NCBI GenBank assembly: GCA_964291265.2
Contig: OZ219747.1
Location: 1,984,001 to 2,048,000 of the forward strand
DNA: 64,000 bases
Source of the DNA: Alphaproteobacteria bacterium
GTDB taxonomy: Bacteria > Pseudomonadota > Alphaproteobacteria > SP197
Direction: 5' to 3'
The notes beneath the pieces are model-generated. The model was given only the letters and a program-made list of their open reading frames with translations, did no database searches and was not told where the DNA came from. Both the position numbers and the translations under genes were made by a program. Of the stretch, positions 1 through 10,184 are shown one piece after another. Within the stretch, counting starts at the first letter, position 1, and the number at the start of each line of letters is the position of its first letter.

Positions 1-806
1 TCGGTACACCCCGCCTGTTGCTGCTCTCGGCCTGTTCCGCGTTCCCGGACGGATTGGCCAATTCCTCCGGCCTCGTCGGGAAACGGTTGATGATGCACCC
101 GTTCTCGGCAGTCATGGGCGTCTTCGAGGAAGACCTGGAGAGTTGGCGCGGCCCCTTCGGTCAGCTGATCGAGAGCAACCAGTTCTACGAGACGGACGAA
201 AAGCGAGGTTTCCTGCGCGGAGCCAAGTGGGGCGCCATGCCGGCTGGTGGACCGCTGGGGGCGACAGGTTTCGTCGGTTCCAGGATATTCGACGAAGGCG
301 GCAGGGTGGAGGACAGCTGGGGCACCAATCTCCACGACCTGGTGGACCGCCGATTTCGCCGTTCGATGGTCTGGGGAATCATCGGTGAGGACCTGCCCGA
401 GGAATCCAACCGCGTGATGCTCGACCCTGACCTCACCGACTCCGATGGCATTCCGGCGCCGAAGCTTGACTACACGGTCTCCGAGAACTCATCGAACATG
501 CTGGGGTTCCATGTGGACCGGCTCCTCGAGGCAAGCCTCGCCGCAGGCGCGATCGAGACCGTGGTGGTGCACCAGGTGCCCGATACGGGCTGGCACCTGC
601 TGGGCACGGCGCGCATGGGTGACGACCCCAGGACCTCGGTGGTGAACGAATGGGGGCGCTCGCACGACGTTCCGAACCTCTTTGTCTTCGATGCCAGCTC
701 CTTCCCGACCTCGGGCGGAGTCAATCCTACTGCGACCATCATGTCGGTCTCCCATCGCCAGACCATGCACATGATATCGGAGCGGCGAAACGTGGAGGCA
801 GCATGA
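1..806 (+). CDS. GMC family oxidoreductase, C-terminal part (5' truncated by window)
   Basis: Open from position 3 (GTPRLLLLS); GMC C-terminal motifs WHLLGTARMG and PNLFVFDASSFPTSGGVNPTATI. Confidence 0.9.
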   Translation, partial: GTPRLLLLSACSAFPDGLANSSGLVGKRLMMHPFSAVMGVFEEDLESWRGPFGQLIESNQFYETDEKRGFLRGAKWGAMPAGGPLGATGFVGSRIFDEGGRVEDSWGTNLHDLVDRRFRRSMVWGIIGEDLPEESNRVMLDPDLTDSDGIPAPKLDYTVSENSSNMLGFHVDRLLEASLAAGAIETVVVHQVPDTGWHLLGTARMGDDPRTSVVNEWGRSHDVPNLFVFDASSFPTSGGVNPTATIMSVSHRQTMHMISERRNVEAA

Positions 807-1246
807 TGTCCCGGGAGAACGGACTTTCGGCAGATGAACGCGCCGTCTTCGCGGGGCTGGCCGACCTGTTGATTCCGCGCCACGGACGCATGCCGTCCGC
901 CACCGAAGTGGGTGCACACGCGGAACTGCTCGACAGAGTCCTCGCCCACCGACCTGACATTGCCGACGATCTGCGGCGCGGACTCTCGGCTGCTCAGGGG
1001 GAAGATCCCGGCGTGGCAGCCAACAGGCTCGGTCAGAGAGACGCGGCAGCCTTCAACGCCATCACGCTCGCGGCGTCTGCGGCCTACTACATGTGCGCTG
1101 AGGTTCGGGCACTGATCGGTTATCCGGGCCAGGACAAGGCGCCCTTCGACCCCCGCGAGACGCCTGCCTATCTTACCAACGGCATGATTGAACGGCTTGT
1201 GCGTCGTGGTCCGACCTATCGTCCGACACCCGACTGCAAGGACTGA
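803..1246 (+). CDS. Gluconate 2-dehydrogenase subunit 3-like small partner protein
   Basis: ATGA overlap with GMC stop; LADLLIP..MPSA and YY....VRALIGYPGQ motifs typical of GMC gamma-subunit-like proteins. Confidence 0.7.
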   Translation: MMSRENGLSADERAVFAGLADLLIPRHGRMPSATEVGAHAELLDRVLAHRPDIADDLRRGLSAAQGEDPGVAANRLGQRDAAAFNAITLAASAAYYMCAEVRALIGYPGQDKAPFDPRETPAYLTNGMIERLVRRGPTYRPTPDCKD

Positions 1247-1287
1247 CCACGTCACCGGCCGATGCCGGCGGTCTTCAAGGTGGTCCA

Positions 1288-3684
1288 TTGTCTGAGCCGT
1301 CCGGCCGCCTGGAAGACGGCAGACTGCTGCGAGGACAGGGCCGGTTCACCGACGATCTCAGGTTTGCCGGCGAGCTCCACGGCGTTGTCGTTCGATCCAC
1401 GCATCCCGCGGCGGACTTGCGACGCGTGGACACAGCAGAGGCGTATCGCGTCGATGGCGTGGTGGGAGTGATCACTGGCGATGACTTGGCAGCCGACGGC
1501 ATCGGCGCCTTGCCGTTCATGAATACCGTGAGCGCGCCGGACGGCGGACCGGTCCGCGCTCTCGCCATGCCCCTCCTGGCCCGTACGGTCGCGCGATACG
1601 TGGGTGAGCCTGTGGCGTTCGTGGTGGCAGGGAGTCGGTCTGCGGCGCAGGAGGCTGCCGAGCGTGTCGTTGTCGACTATGCGGCGAGGCCATGTGTCAT
1701 CGATGTCCTCGCGGCTGCCCGATCGAGTGCGCCCCTCGTGCAGGATGGCAATGCGGGGAATGTCGTGGCCGAACTGCATATGGGCGATCAGACATTGTGC
1801 GATGATGCCCTTGCCGGGGCGCGGCACCGCTTTCGTCTCCAGGTGCGAAACAACAGGGTTGTCCCTCATGCCATGGAGCCTCGCGCTGCCATCGGGCTTT
1901 ACGATGAGGCCGAGGCGGCCTGGACGCTGCATGGCGCCAGTCAGGCCCCGCACCATGCCCGAACAATCCTGGCGGATGCCGTGTTTGGGGTCCCGCGCGA
2001 GCGCATCAGGGTCAGGGTGGGCGATATCGGCGGTGCCTTCGGTGGCAGGATCACACCCTACCCGGAGGATTGCCTGGTGCTTTACGCGGCGCGCCGCTAC
2101 GGCCGACCGATCCGCTGGTGCGCTGAGCGGGTGGAGTGTTTCCTCGCCGACTATCATGCGAGAGACCATGCTGCCGAGGTCGAAATCGGCCTTGACGAGG
2201 AGCTTCGGATCGAGGCGCTTCGCGTCGTTGATCACGCAAGTCTCGGGGCCTATGCCACGCCCTTCGGCATTCCGATCGCCACGACGACCGGCAATCGAAT
2301 TGCGACCGGTGCCTACCGCGTGCCGGTCGCCGCCATCACCGCAAAGACCGTGCTGACCAACACGGCACCTACCGGACCCTATCGCGGCGCAGGGCGCCCT
2401 GAAGCCATTCACCGGATCGAGCGCATTCTGGACTTTGCGGCGGCCCGGCTCGGCGTCGATGCGGTCGAGTTGCGCCGACGCAACCTGGTGCGCAAGGGTG
2501 AACTGCCCTATCGCCTGGTTTCCGGTCTCGCCTACGACAGCGGCAACTTCCCTCGCCTGTTGGAGCGCGCGCTGGGACTGTCGGATTGGCAGAACTTCAG
2601 GACGCGCCGCGAAGCCTCGCGAGACGAGGGGCTGTTGCGCGGCCGGGGCCTCTCGTACCACATCGACTCGACGAGCGGCCTCTCGCCCAAGGAGACGGTC
2701 GAGGCGGTGGCGACATCGCAGGATCGGGTGCGCCTCCACGCCGCCACCCAGGAAATGGGTCAGGGCCTCAAGAGCACCCTTGCGCGGATCGCGAGTGACA
2801 TCTTCAAGCTTCCCGTTGATGCATTCGACATCGTACAAGGCGATACTCGAATGACGCCGGAGGGACCGGGCAGCTATGGCTCCCGTTCGCTCTACACCGG
2901 CGGTGCAGCCGTGGCTGCGGCGAGTGAGGCCCTTGTCGAACGCCTGAAAACGCTGGCCGCCGATTGGCTCGAAGCCTCGCCGGATGACATTGAGATCGAA
3001 GACGGAGCGTTGACCATGGTCGGCTCGGACCGGAGTGTTCCGATCGCCGAACTCGCCTCGGCCGAGCCTGATCGAGAGGTGCGGGCATGGGGCGTATCGG
3101 AGGCCCCGTTCTGTTTCCCCAACGGGTGCTACGTCTGCGAGGTCGAAGTTGACCCGGACACCGGCGCGGCATGGATCGATCGCTTTTCTGGCGTGGATGA
3201 CGTCGGTCGGGTGGTGAACGTGCCCATCGTGCATGGCCAGACCCATGGTGGACTCGCACAGGGCATAGCTCAGGCCATGCTCGAAGAAATCCGCTACGAC
3301 TCGCCAGGCGGTCAGTTGCTTACCGGGTCGCTCATGGACTATGCGCTGCCTCGAGCCGACAACCTGCCGTCGTTCGTGACCTTGCTGGACGAAGGGGAGG
3401 TGACCATGACCAATCGTCTGGGTGTCAAGGGCGCCGGCGAATGCGGAGCGGTTGGTGCGCCACCGGCGGTGATTGCCGCGCTGCTGGACGCTCTGCGGCC
3501 GCACGGAATCGAACACCTCGACATGCCAATGACGCCGGAGCGCGTCTGGCGCGCTCTGCACGAAGCGCGCCGGACGCGGCTGGAAGACGGTCCGTGCGAG
3601 AGCAGGGAGACCGTATCAGCGCCTCGTGGTCCCCAAGGACCGTGTCATCAACACGCGCCGATTCCTTCCGCCGGCGTGCGCTGA
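1288..3684 (+). CDS. Xanthine dehydrogenase family molybdopterin-binding (CoxL-like) large subunit
   Basis: RLEDGRLLRGQGRFTDD N-terminus, GGAFGGR, PYRGAGRPEA active-site loop, GSYGSRS, GVKGAGECG. Confidence 0.92.
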   Translation: MSEPSGRLEDGRLLRGQGRFTDDLRFAGELHGVVVRSTHPAADLRRVDTAEAYRVDGVVGVITGDDLAADGIGALPFMNTVSAPDGGPVRALAMPLLARTVARYVGEPVAFVVAGSRSAAQEAAERVVVDYAARPCVIDVLAAARSSAPLVQDGNAGNVVAELHMGDQTLCDDALAGARHRFRLQVRNNRVVPHAMEPRAAIGLYDEAEAAWTLHGASQAPHHARTILADAVFGVPRERIRVRVGDIGGAFGGRITPYPEDCLVLYAARRYGRPIRWCAERVECFLADYHARDHAAEVEIGLDEELRIEALRVVDHASLGAYATPFGIPIATTTGNRIATGAYRVPVAAITAKTVLTNTAPTGPYRGAGRPEAIHRIERILDFAAARLGVDAVELRRRNLVRKGELPYRLVSGLAYDSGNFPRLLERALGLSDWQNFRTRREASRDEGLLRGRGLSYHIDSTSGLSPKETVEAVATSQDRVRLHAATQEMGQGLKSTLARIASDIFKLPVDAFDIVQGDTRMTPEGPGSYGSRSLYTGGAAVAAASEALVERLKTLAADWLEASPDDIEIEDGALTMVGSDRSVPIAELASAEPDREVRAWGVSEAPFCFPNGCYVCEVEVDPDTGAAWIDRFSGVDDVGRVVNVPIVHGQTHGGLAQGIAQAMLEEIRYDSPGGQLLTGSLMDYALPRADNLPSFVTLLDEGEVTMTNRLGVKGAGECGAVGAPPAVIAALLDALRPHGIEHLDMPMTPERVWRALHEARRTRLEDGPCESRETVSAPRGPQGPCHQHAPIPSAGVR

Positions 3685-3822
3685 TCGCAGGCATCGTGTT
3701 GCCGCTCCTTTCGATCCAGTCTCGCTTGCCGAGAAGCGAGCGCTCCCCGAACTTCTCGATCTTGAGCCGTTGCCGTTCCAGGGCACGCGCATCGCCCGTC
3801 CGGTGGTCAACAGGGGAACGTC

Positions 3823-5311
3823 TCAGGACGAGCAGGCGGCTGCCGACTGGCCGGCCAGGCGGCCGAAGACCGCGCCCGACGTGAGACCGGCGCCTCCGGG
3901 ATAGTTGAAGTAGAAGAGACCGCCGACGAGTTCGCCGGCTGCAAGGAGGCCGTCGATGGGTCTCAGATCACTGTCGAGAACATTGGCGGCCGTGTCGATG
4001 CGCAGGCCGCCGAACGTGAACGTGACCCCCGCAGGTGACGGCATAGGCCTCGAAGGGGGGGGCGTCGATGGCGTTGGCCCAGTTCGATTTCGGGATCGCG
4101 AGTCCTGCGGTGGACCGTCCGTCCCTAACACTGGGGTCGAAGGGGACGTCTCGGCGAACGGCGTCATTGAAGGACCTGATCGTGGCCAGCGCCGTGGCGC
4201 CGTCGACACCCTCCATGCCTCGGACGAGTTCTTCAAGGGTCGCCGCGCGAACCCGCGTCACCTGGCGTATGCGGTACTCGTCGCGCAGCAATCCGGACAC
4301 CTTGGCGTCGAAGACCTGCCAGGCGAGCTGCTCGGGCTGGCTGAGGATCTCGGCCCCGTACTTGGCGTAGGTGTAGTTCCGGAAATCGGCGCCCTCGTCG
4401 AGAAATCTTTCTCCTCTCGCGTTGATCATGACGGAAAAGGGGTAGGAGTGCTTCTGGAAGCCGTCGCCTACGGAAAGGTCGCCAAACTCCGGGGCATTGA
4501 GATCCCAGGCGACGGCGTGACAGCCTGACCAGTGACCGAAGGGCGCGGCGCCGATGTCGAGAGCCATGCGAATGCCGTCGCCGGTGTTGAATCGGCTGCC
4601 GCGCACCCGCGCCAGATCCCAGCCCGGACCGAGGTAGCGGGCACGCCATTCGTGGTTCGCCTCGAAACCTCCGCAGGCCAGAACCACCGCTCCCGCGGCG
4701 ATTGTGCGGAACGCACCGTCGTGCAGGACCCTCACGCCGGTGACCCTGGTGTGCTTCCTGACAAGTTCGACGGCCCTCGCTTCGTGGACGAGGCGGATGC
4801 CCGCCTTCCGGGCGGCCCGCGAAAGACCGCTCACAAGTCCCTCGCCACCGCCTGACACCTCGACGGAAAGCCCTCCCCAGAACCGGAAGAGGCCGTCGAC
4901 TTCGAACGCCTGCCGTCCCCACATCGGCTGGAACCGGATGCCCTTGGACCGCATCCACAGGAGGGTCTCGCGGCTTCGTGTCACAAGGAGCTCGGTGAGG
5001 TCGGGATCGCAGCGGTAGCGGGTGATGCGGCCCATGTCGTCGAGGAAGGTCTCCCTGCCGTAGGCGCCGAAGTCGGATCGGGCCACCTCCGCGTCAGCAA
5101 GATCGGGCATGAGCGCCCTCAAGTCATCGATTCCGTCGTAGACCGTTCTCATGGCGCCGGCCGTGAACCGGCTGTTGCCGCCGGCTTCCCCCGCGGGGGC
5201 CCGTTCGATCATCAGCACGTTGCTGCCGGCATCGCGGGCGCCGAGTGCCGCGCAGTGGGCCGCGTTGCCGCCTCCGACCACGATGACGTCGACCCGCGTC
5301 GGCAAGGTCAT
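3823..5311 (-). CDS. tcuA: TcuA/CobZ-like FAD-dependent oxidoreductase, split by a +1 frameshift at 4026-4030
   Basis: DVIVVGGGNAAHCAA FAD motif, GGNSRFTAG, RGSRFNTGDG; the C-terminus GVTFTFGGL...GELVGGLFYFNYPGGAGLTSGAVFGR is in another frame after a G5 run. Confidence 0.85.
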
Positions 5312-6618
5312 GACGCCGGTCCTTCCTCGCAGTCGATGATGTGCATGAACGAAGCGGCAACATTGCCGTTGACGGCGCCGCTCGCCCCGAGGTCGCGCCC
5401 GCTTGCATCGCAGGCGAAGAAGAGGGGAGCCGCCGCCGGGGAGGTCTGGCTGGCGTAGTGGAACTCGTGCCCGCGCCAGATGCTTCCGGCCTTTCCCAGC
5501 GGCCCATCGGACGCAAGGACCATGCGCCGGTACCCTAGGTGCCGGCGGGGCGCCTGCATGGAGAAGGTGACCGGCAGCAGGCCGGCCATGGCATGGACAG
5601 CGCCTTCCATGTCCGTGAGATGCCGTCCCAGCACCATGTAGCCGCCACACTCGCCGTAGATCACGCTACCCCGGTCCGCAGCGCCTCTCAGGCCGGCGAG
5701 AAACGTCTGGCTGGCCGCCAGCCTGCCGGCGTGGAGTTCAGGATAGCCGCCCGGCAGGTAGACGGCATCGGCCGTCGCGTCGGGAGGCTGGTCCCCGAGC
5801 GGGGAAAACACCATGACTTCGGCTCCGGCACTCCGCCACGCCTCGGCCAGCGATGCATAGAAGAACGAGAAGGCGTGATCGCAGGCCAACGCGATCCTCT
5901 GGCCCGGGGGCGCCATGAGACCCGATTCCGCGTCGCCGATCGCCGCGATGGGCCGCGCCAGTGCGACCATGCTGTCCACGTCCACTCCGGTCGCGATCTG
6001 CCTGGCAGCCTCGTCGATGATGCCGGGACCACCGTCATGGGCCTGGACGAGACCGAGATGGCGATGCGCCACGACGAGCCGGTCGTCCCTGTCGACATGA
6101 CCGAAGACGGTGGCGACACCGTCGAGAGCACGTGCCAGTATCGCCCGGTGCGTGTCACTAGCTGTCCGGTTCAGGATGACGCCGGCAACATCGATGTCGG
6201 AGCGGTGATCGCGGAATCCGGCGACAGTGGCGGCCACCGATTGCGCCTGCCCGGTGACGTCGACGACGAGAATCACCGGGAGATCAAGGAACCGCGCGAC
6301 GTCTGCCGTGGACCCTTCGCCCGAGAGACTGCCGTCAAAGAGGCCCATCACCCCTTCACCGATGACGAGATCCGCTCCCTCGCTGCAGCGCCGCATGACC
6401 GCACGGACCGTGGCCGGTCTCATGGCCCACAGGTCGATGTTGTGGCAAGCGCGCCCGGACGCAGCGGCATGCCAGCCACCGTCGATGTAGTCAGGACCGA
6501 TCTTGAAGGAGGATGTCGCATGTCCCCGCCCGGCGAGCACCCGGACGAGCGCCGATGCGATGATGGTCTTGCCGGCGCCGCTCCCGGTTGCCGAGATGAT
6601 GAGACCGCGCGCCGCCAT
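5308..6618 (-). CDS. cobB: Cobyrinate/hydrogenobyrinate a,c-diamide synthase
   Basis: SGAGKT P-loop, FKIGPDYID, EGVMGLFDG, RHLGLVQA, LPGGYPELH, GECGGYM, GHEFHY. Confidence 0.95.
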   Translation of the reverse strand: MAARGLIISATGSGAGKTIIASALVRVLAGRGHATSSFKIGPDYIDGGWHAAASGRACHNIDLWAMRPATVRAVMRRCSEGADLVIGEGVMGLFDGSLSGEGSTADVARFLDLPVILVVDVTGQAQSVAATVAGFRDHRSDIDVAGVILNRTASDTHRAILARALDGVATVFGHVDRDDRLVVAHRHLGLVQAHDGGPGIIDEAARQIATGVDVDSMVALARPIAAIGDAESGLMAPPGQRIALACDHAFSFFYASLAEAWRSAGAEVMVFSPLGDQPPDATADAVYLPGGYPELHAGRLAASQTFLAGLRGAADRGSVIYGECGGYMVLGRHLTDMEGAVHAMAGLLPVTFSMQAPRRHLGYRRMVLASDGPLGKAGSIWRGHEFHYASQTSPAAAPLFFACDASGRDLGASGAVNGNVAASFMHIIDCEEGPAS

Positions 6619-7454
6619 CAGACGTCTTTGCCGGAGGAATCCGCGCCGAGGGGGTCTGCGTTGAGGATGCGTCCCTCCATCGCGCCCATCCAGTCGAGTC
6701 CGGCGCGCATGCGGACGAATGCGCCGATGGCGACGATCGCCGGCGCCTCGAGGTTCCGCGAATCGACAGCAGCCCTGGCAAGGGTCGTCTCGATCACCTT
6801 CTGATGACGGGTGGCGGCACGGCTGATGACCGCCACGGGCGTGTTTCCGGCAAGGCCTGCACCGATCAGGCGATCGGCGATGGAGGCGAGTCGCGCCAGA
6901 GCCATGTAGATGACGAGCGCGTGACCGGGGGCGGCGAGGGCGGACCAGTCGAGGCCGTCGGGAACCTCTCCACCTGCCAGGCGACCGGTGATGAAGGTGA
7001 TGGCATGGTTGGTGTGGCGGTCCGTTGCCGGAATGCCGGCCATGGACAACCCGCCGATGCCCGCCGTGATCCCCGGGACGACGCGAAACGGGATGCCGGC
7101 GGCAACAAGGGCGAGAGCCTCCTCGCCGCCTCGTCCGAAGATGAAGGGATCCCCGCCCTTCAGCCGCAGGACCCTTCTTCCGGACCGGGCGAACTCGATG
7201 AGCCGGCGAGAGATGTCGGGCTGTCCGGGAGACGGCCTGCCGCCGCGTTTTCCGGCATGGACGAGCTCTGCCCCGGGACGCGCCAGCTTCAGGACACCAT
7301 CGTCAACGAGGGCATCATGGACGATGCAGTCAGCCTCGCCCAGGGCATGGTGGGCGAGGAGGGTAAGGAGGCAGGGATCGCCCGGTCCGGCACCGGCGAG
7401 CCACACCCATCCGGCCTCGAACGAAGGCATGGGCGGCAGCGGGGAACGCGGCAT
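6618..7454 (-). CDS. cobA: Uroporphyrinogen-III C-methyltransferase (SUMT)
   Basis: VWLAGAGPGDP, GKRGG, RLKGGDPFIFGRGGEE, VVPGITAG; start placed at ATG 7454. Confidence 0.95.
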   Translation of the reverse strand: MPRSPLPPMPSFEAGWVWLAGAGPGDPCLLTLLAHHALGEADCIVHDALVDDGVLKLARPGAELVHAGKRGGRPSPGQPDISRRLIEFARSGRRVLRLKGGDPFIFGRGGEEALALVAAGIPFRVVPGITAGIGGLSMAGIPATDRHTNHAITFITGRLAGGEVPDGLDWSALAAPGHALVIYMALARLASIADRLIGAGLAGNTPVAVISRAATRHQKVIETTLARAAVDSRNLEAPAIVAIGAFVRMRAGLDWMGAMEGRILNADPLGADSSGKDV

Positions 7455-7565
7455 CAGTCTCCCCTCGCATGGGTGTGACGGACGATCCATAACCGCATTT
7501 TCTTGCGAATTCATCACCGCTTGACACAATGTCCGCCACAACGGACGTCCGGTGCGACGGGAGAC

Positions 7566-8642
7566 ATGGCGAAGAACGCCTTGCGCAAGGGATGGACCAC
7601 CGGAGCCTGCGCCGCCGCGGCTGCGGCGGCGGCCTACGAGGCGCTGACCACGGGTACGTTCCCGGATCCGGTCAGGATCACTCTGCCAGGCGGCCGGGAA
7701 GCAGGGTTTTCGCTGGCAACGCGCCATCTGGGTCATGGCGAGGCGCGGGCCTCGGTGATCAAGGATGCCGGCGACGATCCGGACGTCACCCACGGTGCAG
7801 AGATCGTTGTCACCGTGACGGCCGGTGAAGCGGGAAGCGGCGTGGTCTTTCGTGCCGGAGAGGGTGTCGGCACCGTGACCAAGGCAGGACTGCCCGTTGC
7901 ACCCGGCGAGCCTGCGATCAATCCGCGTCCTCGTGACATCATGACCGAGGCCATCCGCGCCCTTGCGTGGCGCCACGGAGGAACCGCCGATGTCGTTCTC
8001 ACCATCGGTGTTGTCAACGGCGAGGTTCTGGCCCGCAGGACATGGAATCCGCGACTCGGCATCAAGGGAGGGTTGTCAATTCTCGGGACCACGGGAATCG
8101 TCATCCCCTATTCCTGCTCCGCCTGGATCCATGCCATCCACCGGGGTATCGACGTTGCCCGCGCCGAAGGCCTCGAGCATCTCGCCGGGGCTACCGGCAG
8201 GACCTCCGAGAAGGCCGTCCGGAGTTTCCATTCCCTGCCCGAAGCCAGCCTCATCGACATGGGCGACTTTGCCGGCGGCATGTTGAAGTACCTGCGCCGC
8301 CATCCGGTTCCCAGGGTATCGCTTGCCGGGGGATTCGCCAAGATGACGAAGCTGGCGCAGGGAGCCCTCGACCTCCATTCGGCAAGGAGTCAGGTAAACT
8401 TCGACCTGCTTGCCGACATGGCGAGGGAGGCGGGCGCCGACGCCGGTCTGGCGCGGAACATGGCCGATTCGACAAGCGCCGGGGAGGTCCTTGGACGGGC
8501 CTGCGAGGCCGGGTTGCCCTTGGCCGGTCAGGTGGCCGCCGGTGCCCGGCAAACGGCGCTCGCCACTCTGGCTGGCGGCGTGGCGGTGGACGTGATCGTC
8601 ATCGATCGTTCGGGCGCCGTCGTCGGCACGGCGGGTCCATGA
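7566..8642 (+). CDS. cbiD: Cobalt-precorrin-5B C1-methyltransferase
   Basis: LRKGWTTGACAAAA, KDAGDDPDVTHGA, TWNPRLGIKGGLSILGTTGIV, DMGDFAG. Confidence 0.95.
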   Translation: MAKNALRKGWTTGACAAAAAAAAYEALTTGTFPDPVRITLPGGREAGFSLATRHLGHGEARASVIKDAGDDPDVTHGAEIVVTVTAGEAGSGVVFRAGEGVGTVTKAGLPVAPGEPAINPRPRDIMTEAIRALAWRHGGTADVVLTIGVVNGEVLARRTWNPRLGIKGGLSILGTTGIVIPYSCSAWIHAIHRGIDVARAEGLEHLAGATGRTSEKAVRSFHSLPEASLIDMGDFAGGMLKYLRRHPVPRVSLAGGFAKMTKLAQGALDLHSARSQVNFDLLADMAREAGADAGLARNMADSTSAGEVLGRACEAGLPLAGQVAAGARQTALATLAGGVAVDVIVIDRSGAVVGTAGP

Positions 8643-9409
8643 CGAGCATTCTCATCCTCGGCGGTACCGCGGAGGCCGCGGCGTTGGCGAAGGGAATTGC
8701 CAGGCGTGCGCCCGGTGTCGATGTCGTGACGTCGCTGGCCGGTCTGCTCGACGGGACACCGGATCTTCCCGGACGCCTGCGGCGCGGAGGGTTCGGGGGG
8801 GCAGACGGCCTCGGCCGCTATCTCGCCAATGAACGCATCGATGCCCTCGTCGATGCGACCCATCCCTTCGCCTGCACCATGGCAGCCACGGCCCGTTCGG
8901 CGGCGTGCCGGGCGGAAGTGCCGCGAATCAAGCTGGTACGGCCGATGTGGAACAGGACGCCGGACGACCGCTGGATCGTGGTCGATGACATCGATGCTGC
9001 GGCCGACGCCCTCGCGACACTCGCCCCGGCGGCGGCCCTGATCACGCTGGGGAGCCGCGCCATGGATGCCTTCCGCCGCATCGACGGCACGCGATTCATC
9101 TTCCGCATGATTGCTCCCCCGAGGGATCGCCCGTCGAATCAGGCCATGCAGGTTCTGCTGCAGCGCGGGCCGTTTGATGTGGAAGGGGAGAAGACGCTGA
9201 TGACGGATCACGGCGTCGGCGCAGTGGTGACCCGGGCCAGTGGTGGCGAAGCGACCGAAGCCAAGATCATGGCCGCCCGCGACCTACACCTCCCCGTGAT
9301 CATGATTCGCCGTCCGGCCGTCCCGGAGGGCCCGCTGGCGGCCACGGTGGACGACGTTCTGGACTGGCTCCGCGAGGGAGGGTTCGCCGCATGGACAGAG
9401 TGCTCGTGA
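8639..9409 (+). CDS. cobK: Precorrin-6A reductase
   Basis: ATGA overlap with cbiD; ILILGGTAEA, GGFGGADGL, VDATHPFA, RGPF, ASGG. Confidence 0.92.
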   Translation: MTSILILGGTAEAAALAKGIARRAPGVDVVTSLAGLLDGTPDLPGRLRRGGFGGADGLGRYLANERIDALVDATHPFACTMAATARSAACRAEVPRIKLVRPMWNRTPDDRWIVVDDIDAAADALATLAPAAALITLGSRAMDAFRRIDGTRFIFRMIAPPRDRPSNQAMQVLLQRGPFDVEGEKTLMTDHGVGAVVTRASGGEATEAKIMAARDLHLPVIMIRRPAVPEGPLAATVDDVLDWLREGGFAAWTECS

Positions 9410-9468
9410 CTGTCTATTCCGGCATGTGTTCATGCGGTGCAACCGTCAACGGCAAGATGGAGAACGTC

Positions 9469-10179
9469 ATGCTGCCTACCGTTTCGAGGATCGTCGATCT
9501 CAGTCATCCATTGTATTCCAACATGCCGAACATCGGCGGACAGGTGACATTCTTCCCGCTCGATGATCATGCCTATCTTTCGCAGATCACCGGCGGCAGG
9601 ATGGCGATGGAGAGCCGCATGATCCTCATGCCCGAGCACTGCGGCACCCATCTGGACGCGCCGAGGCACAGCGATGCCGAGGGCCTGAGCATTGATCAGG
9701 TTCCCCTGGAACAACTGGTGCTGCCTGGCCATCTGCTTGACCTGCGTCACCGGCAGAACGGTGAGGCCATCACCATTGCCGATTTCGAGGAGGCGGAGCG
9801 GAAGACCTGCCGCCGAATCGGCCCGGATGCGGCCTGCGTGGTGTGGACGGGAACCGCGAAGGACTGGGGCAAGGACGATTTTGCCATGAACCGGCCCTTT
9901 GTCCCGGTCGACGCCGCCCAATGGCTGGTGGACCGCGGCATCAGGCTCTTCTGCACCGACCTCATCGGCATGGATGACCCATCCGAATGGTGGTGGCCGA
10001 CCCACGCGGTGTGGAATACCCAGGGTGTGTGCATGGTGCAGCAGCTCTGCAATCTCGAGGCGCTGGAGGACGAGGACTTTCTGTTTGTCTGCCTTCCGCT
10101 CGCCATGAAGGACGGAACCGGGTGCCCGGTGCGCGCCGTGGCGATGGTCTTCGAACAGAACGACAGGGCCGCTTCGTGA
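9469..10179 (+). CDS. Cyclase family (kynurenine formamidase-like) metal hydrolase
   Basis: IVDLSHP, HCGTHLDAPRH, GTGCPVRAVA; GGAG RBS before ATG 9469. Confidence 0.88.
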   Translation: MLPTVSRIVDLSHPLYSNMPNIGGQVTFFPLDDHAYLSQITGGRMAMESRMILMPEHCGTHLDAPRHSDAEGLSIDQVPLEQLVLPGHLLDLRHRQNGEAITIADFEEAERKTCRRIGPDAACVVWTGTAKDWGKDDFAMNRPFVPVDAAQWLVDRGIRLFCTDLIGMDDPSEWWWPTHAVWNTQGVCMVQQLCNLEALEDEDFLFVCLPLAMKDGTGCPVRAVAMVFEQNDRAAS

Positions 10180-10184
10180 AAACC

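Noticed and set aside
1252-3561. Long antisense ORFs (also 37581-39641, 22374-24032, 55970-57613 and others)
   Set aside because: Shadows of well-supported genes in high-GC DNA, with no recognisable motifs
1288-3684. True (form I) aerobic CO dehydrogenase
   Set aside because: The active-site loop is YRGAGR, not AYxCSFR, and no cox accessory genes are present
7455-7565. Cobalamin riboswitch between cobA and cbiD
   Set aside because: The spacer is only about 110 bp and lacks a recognisable B12 box
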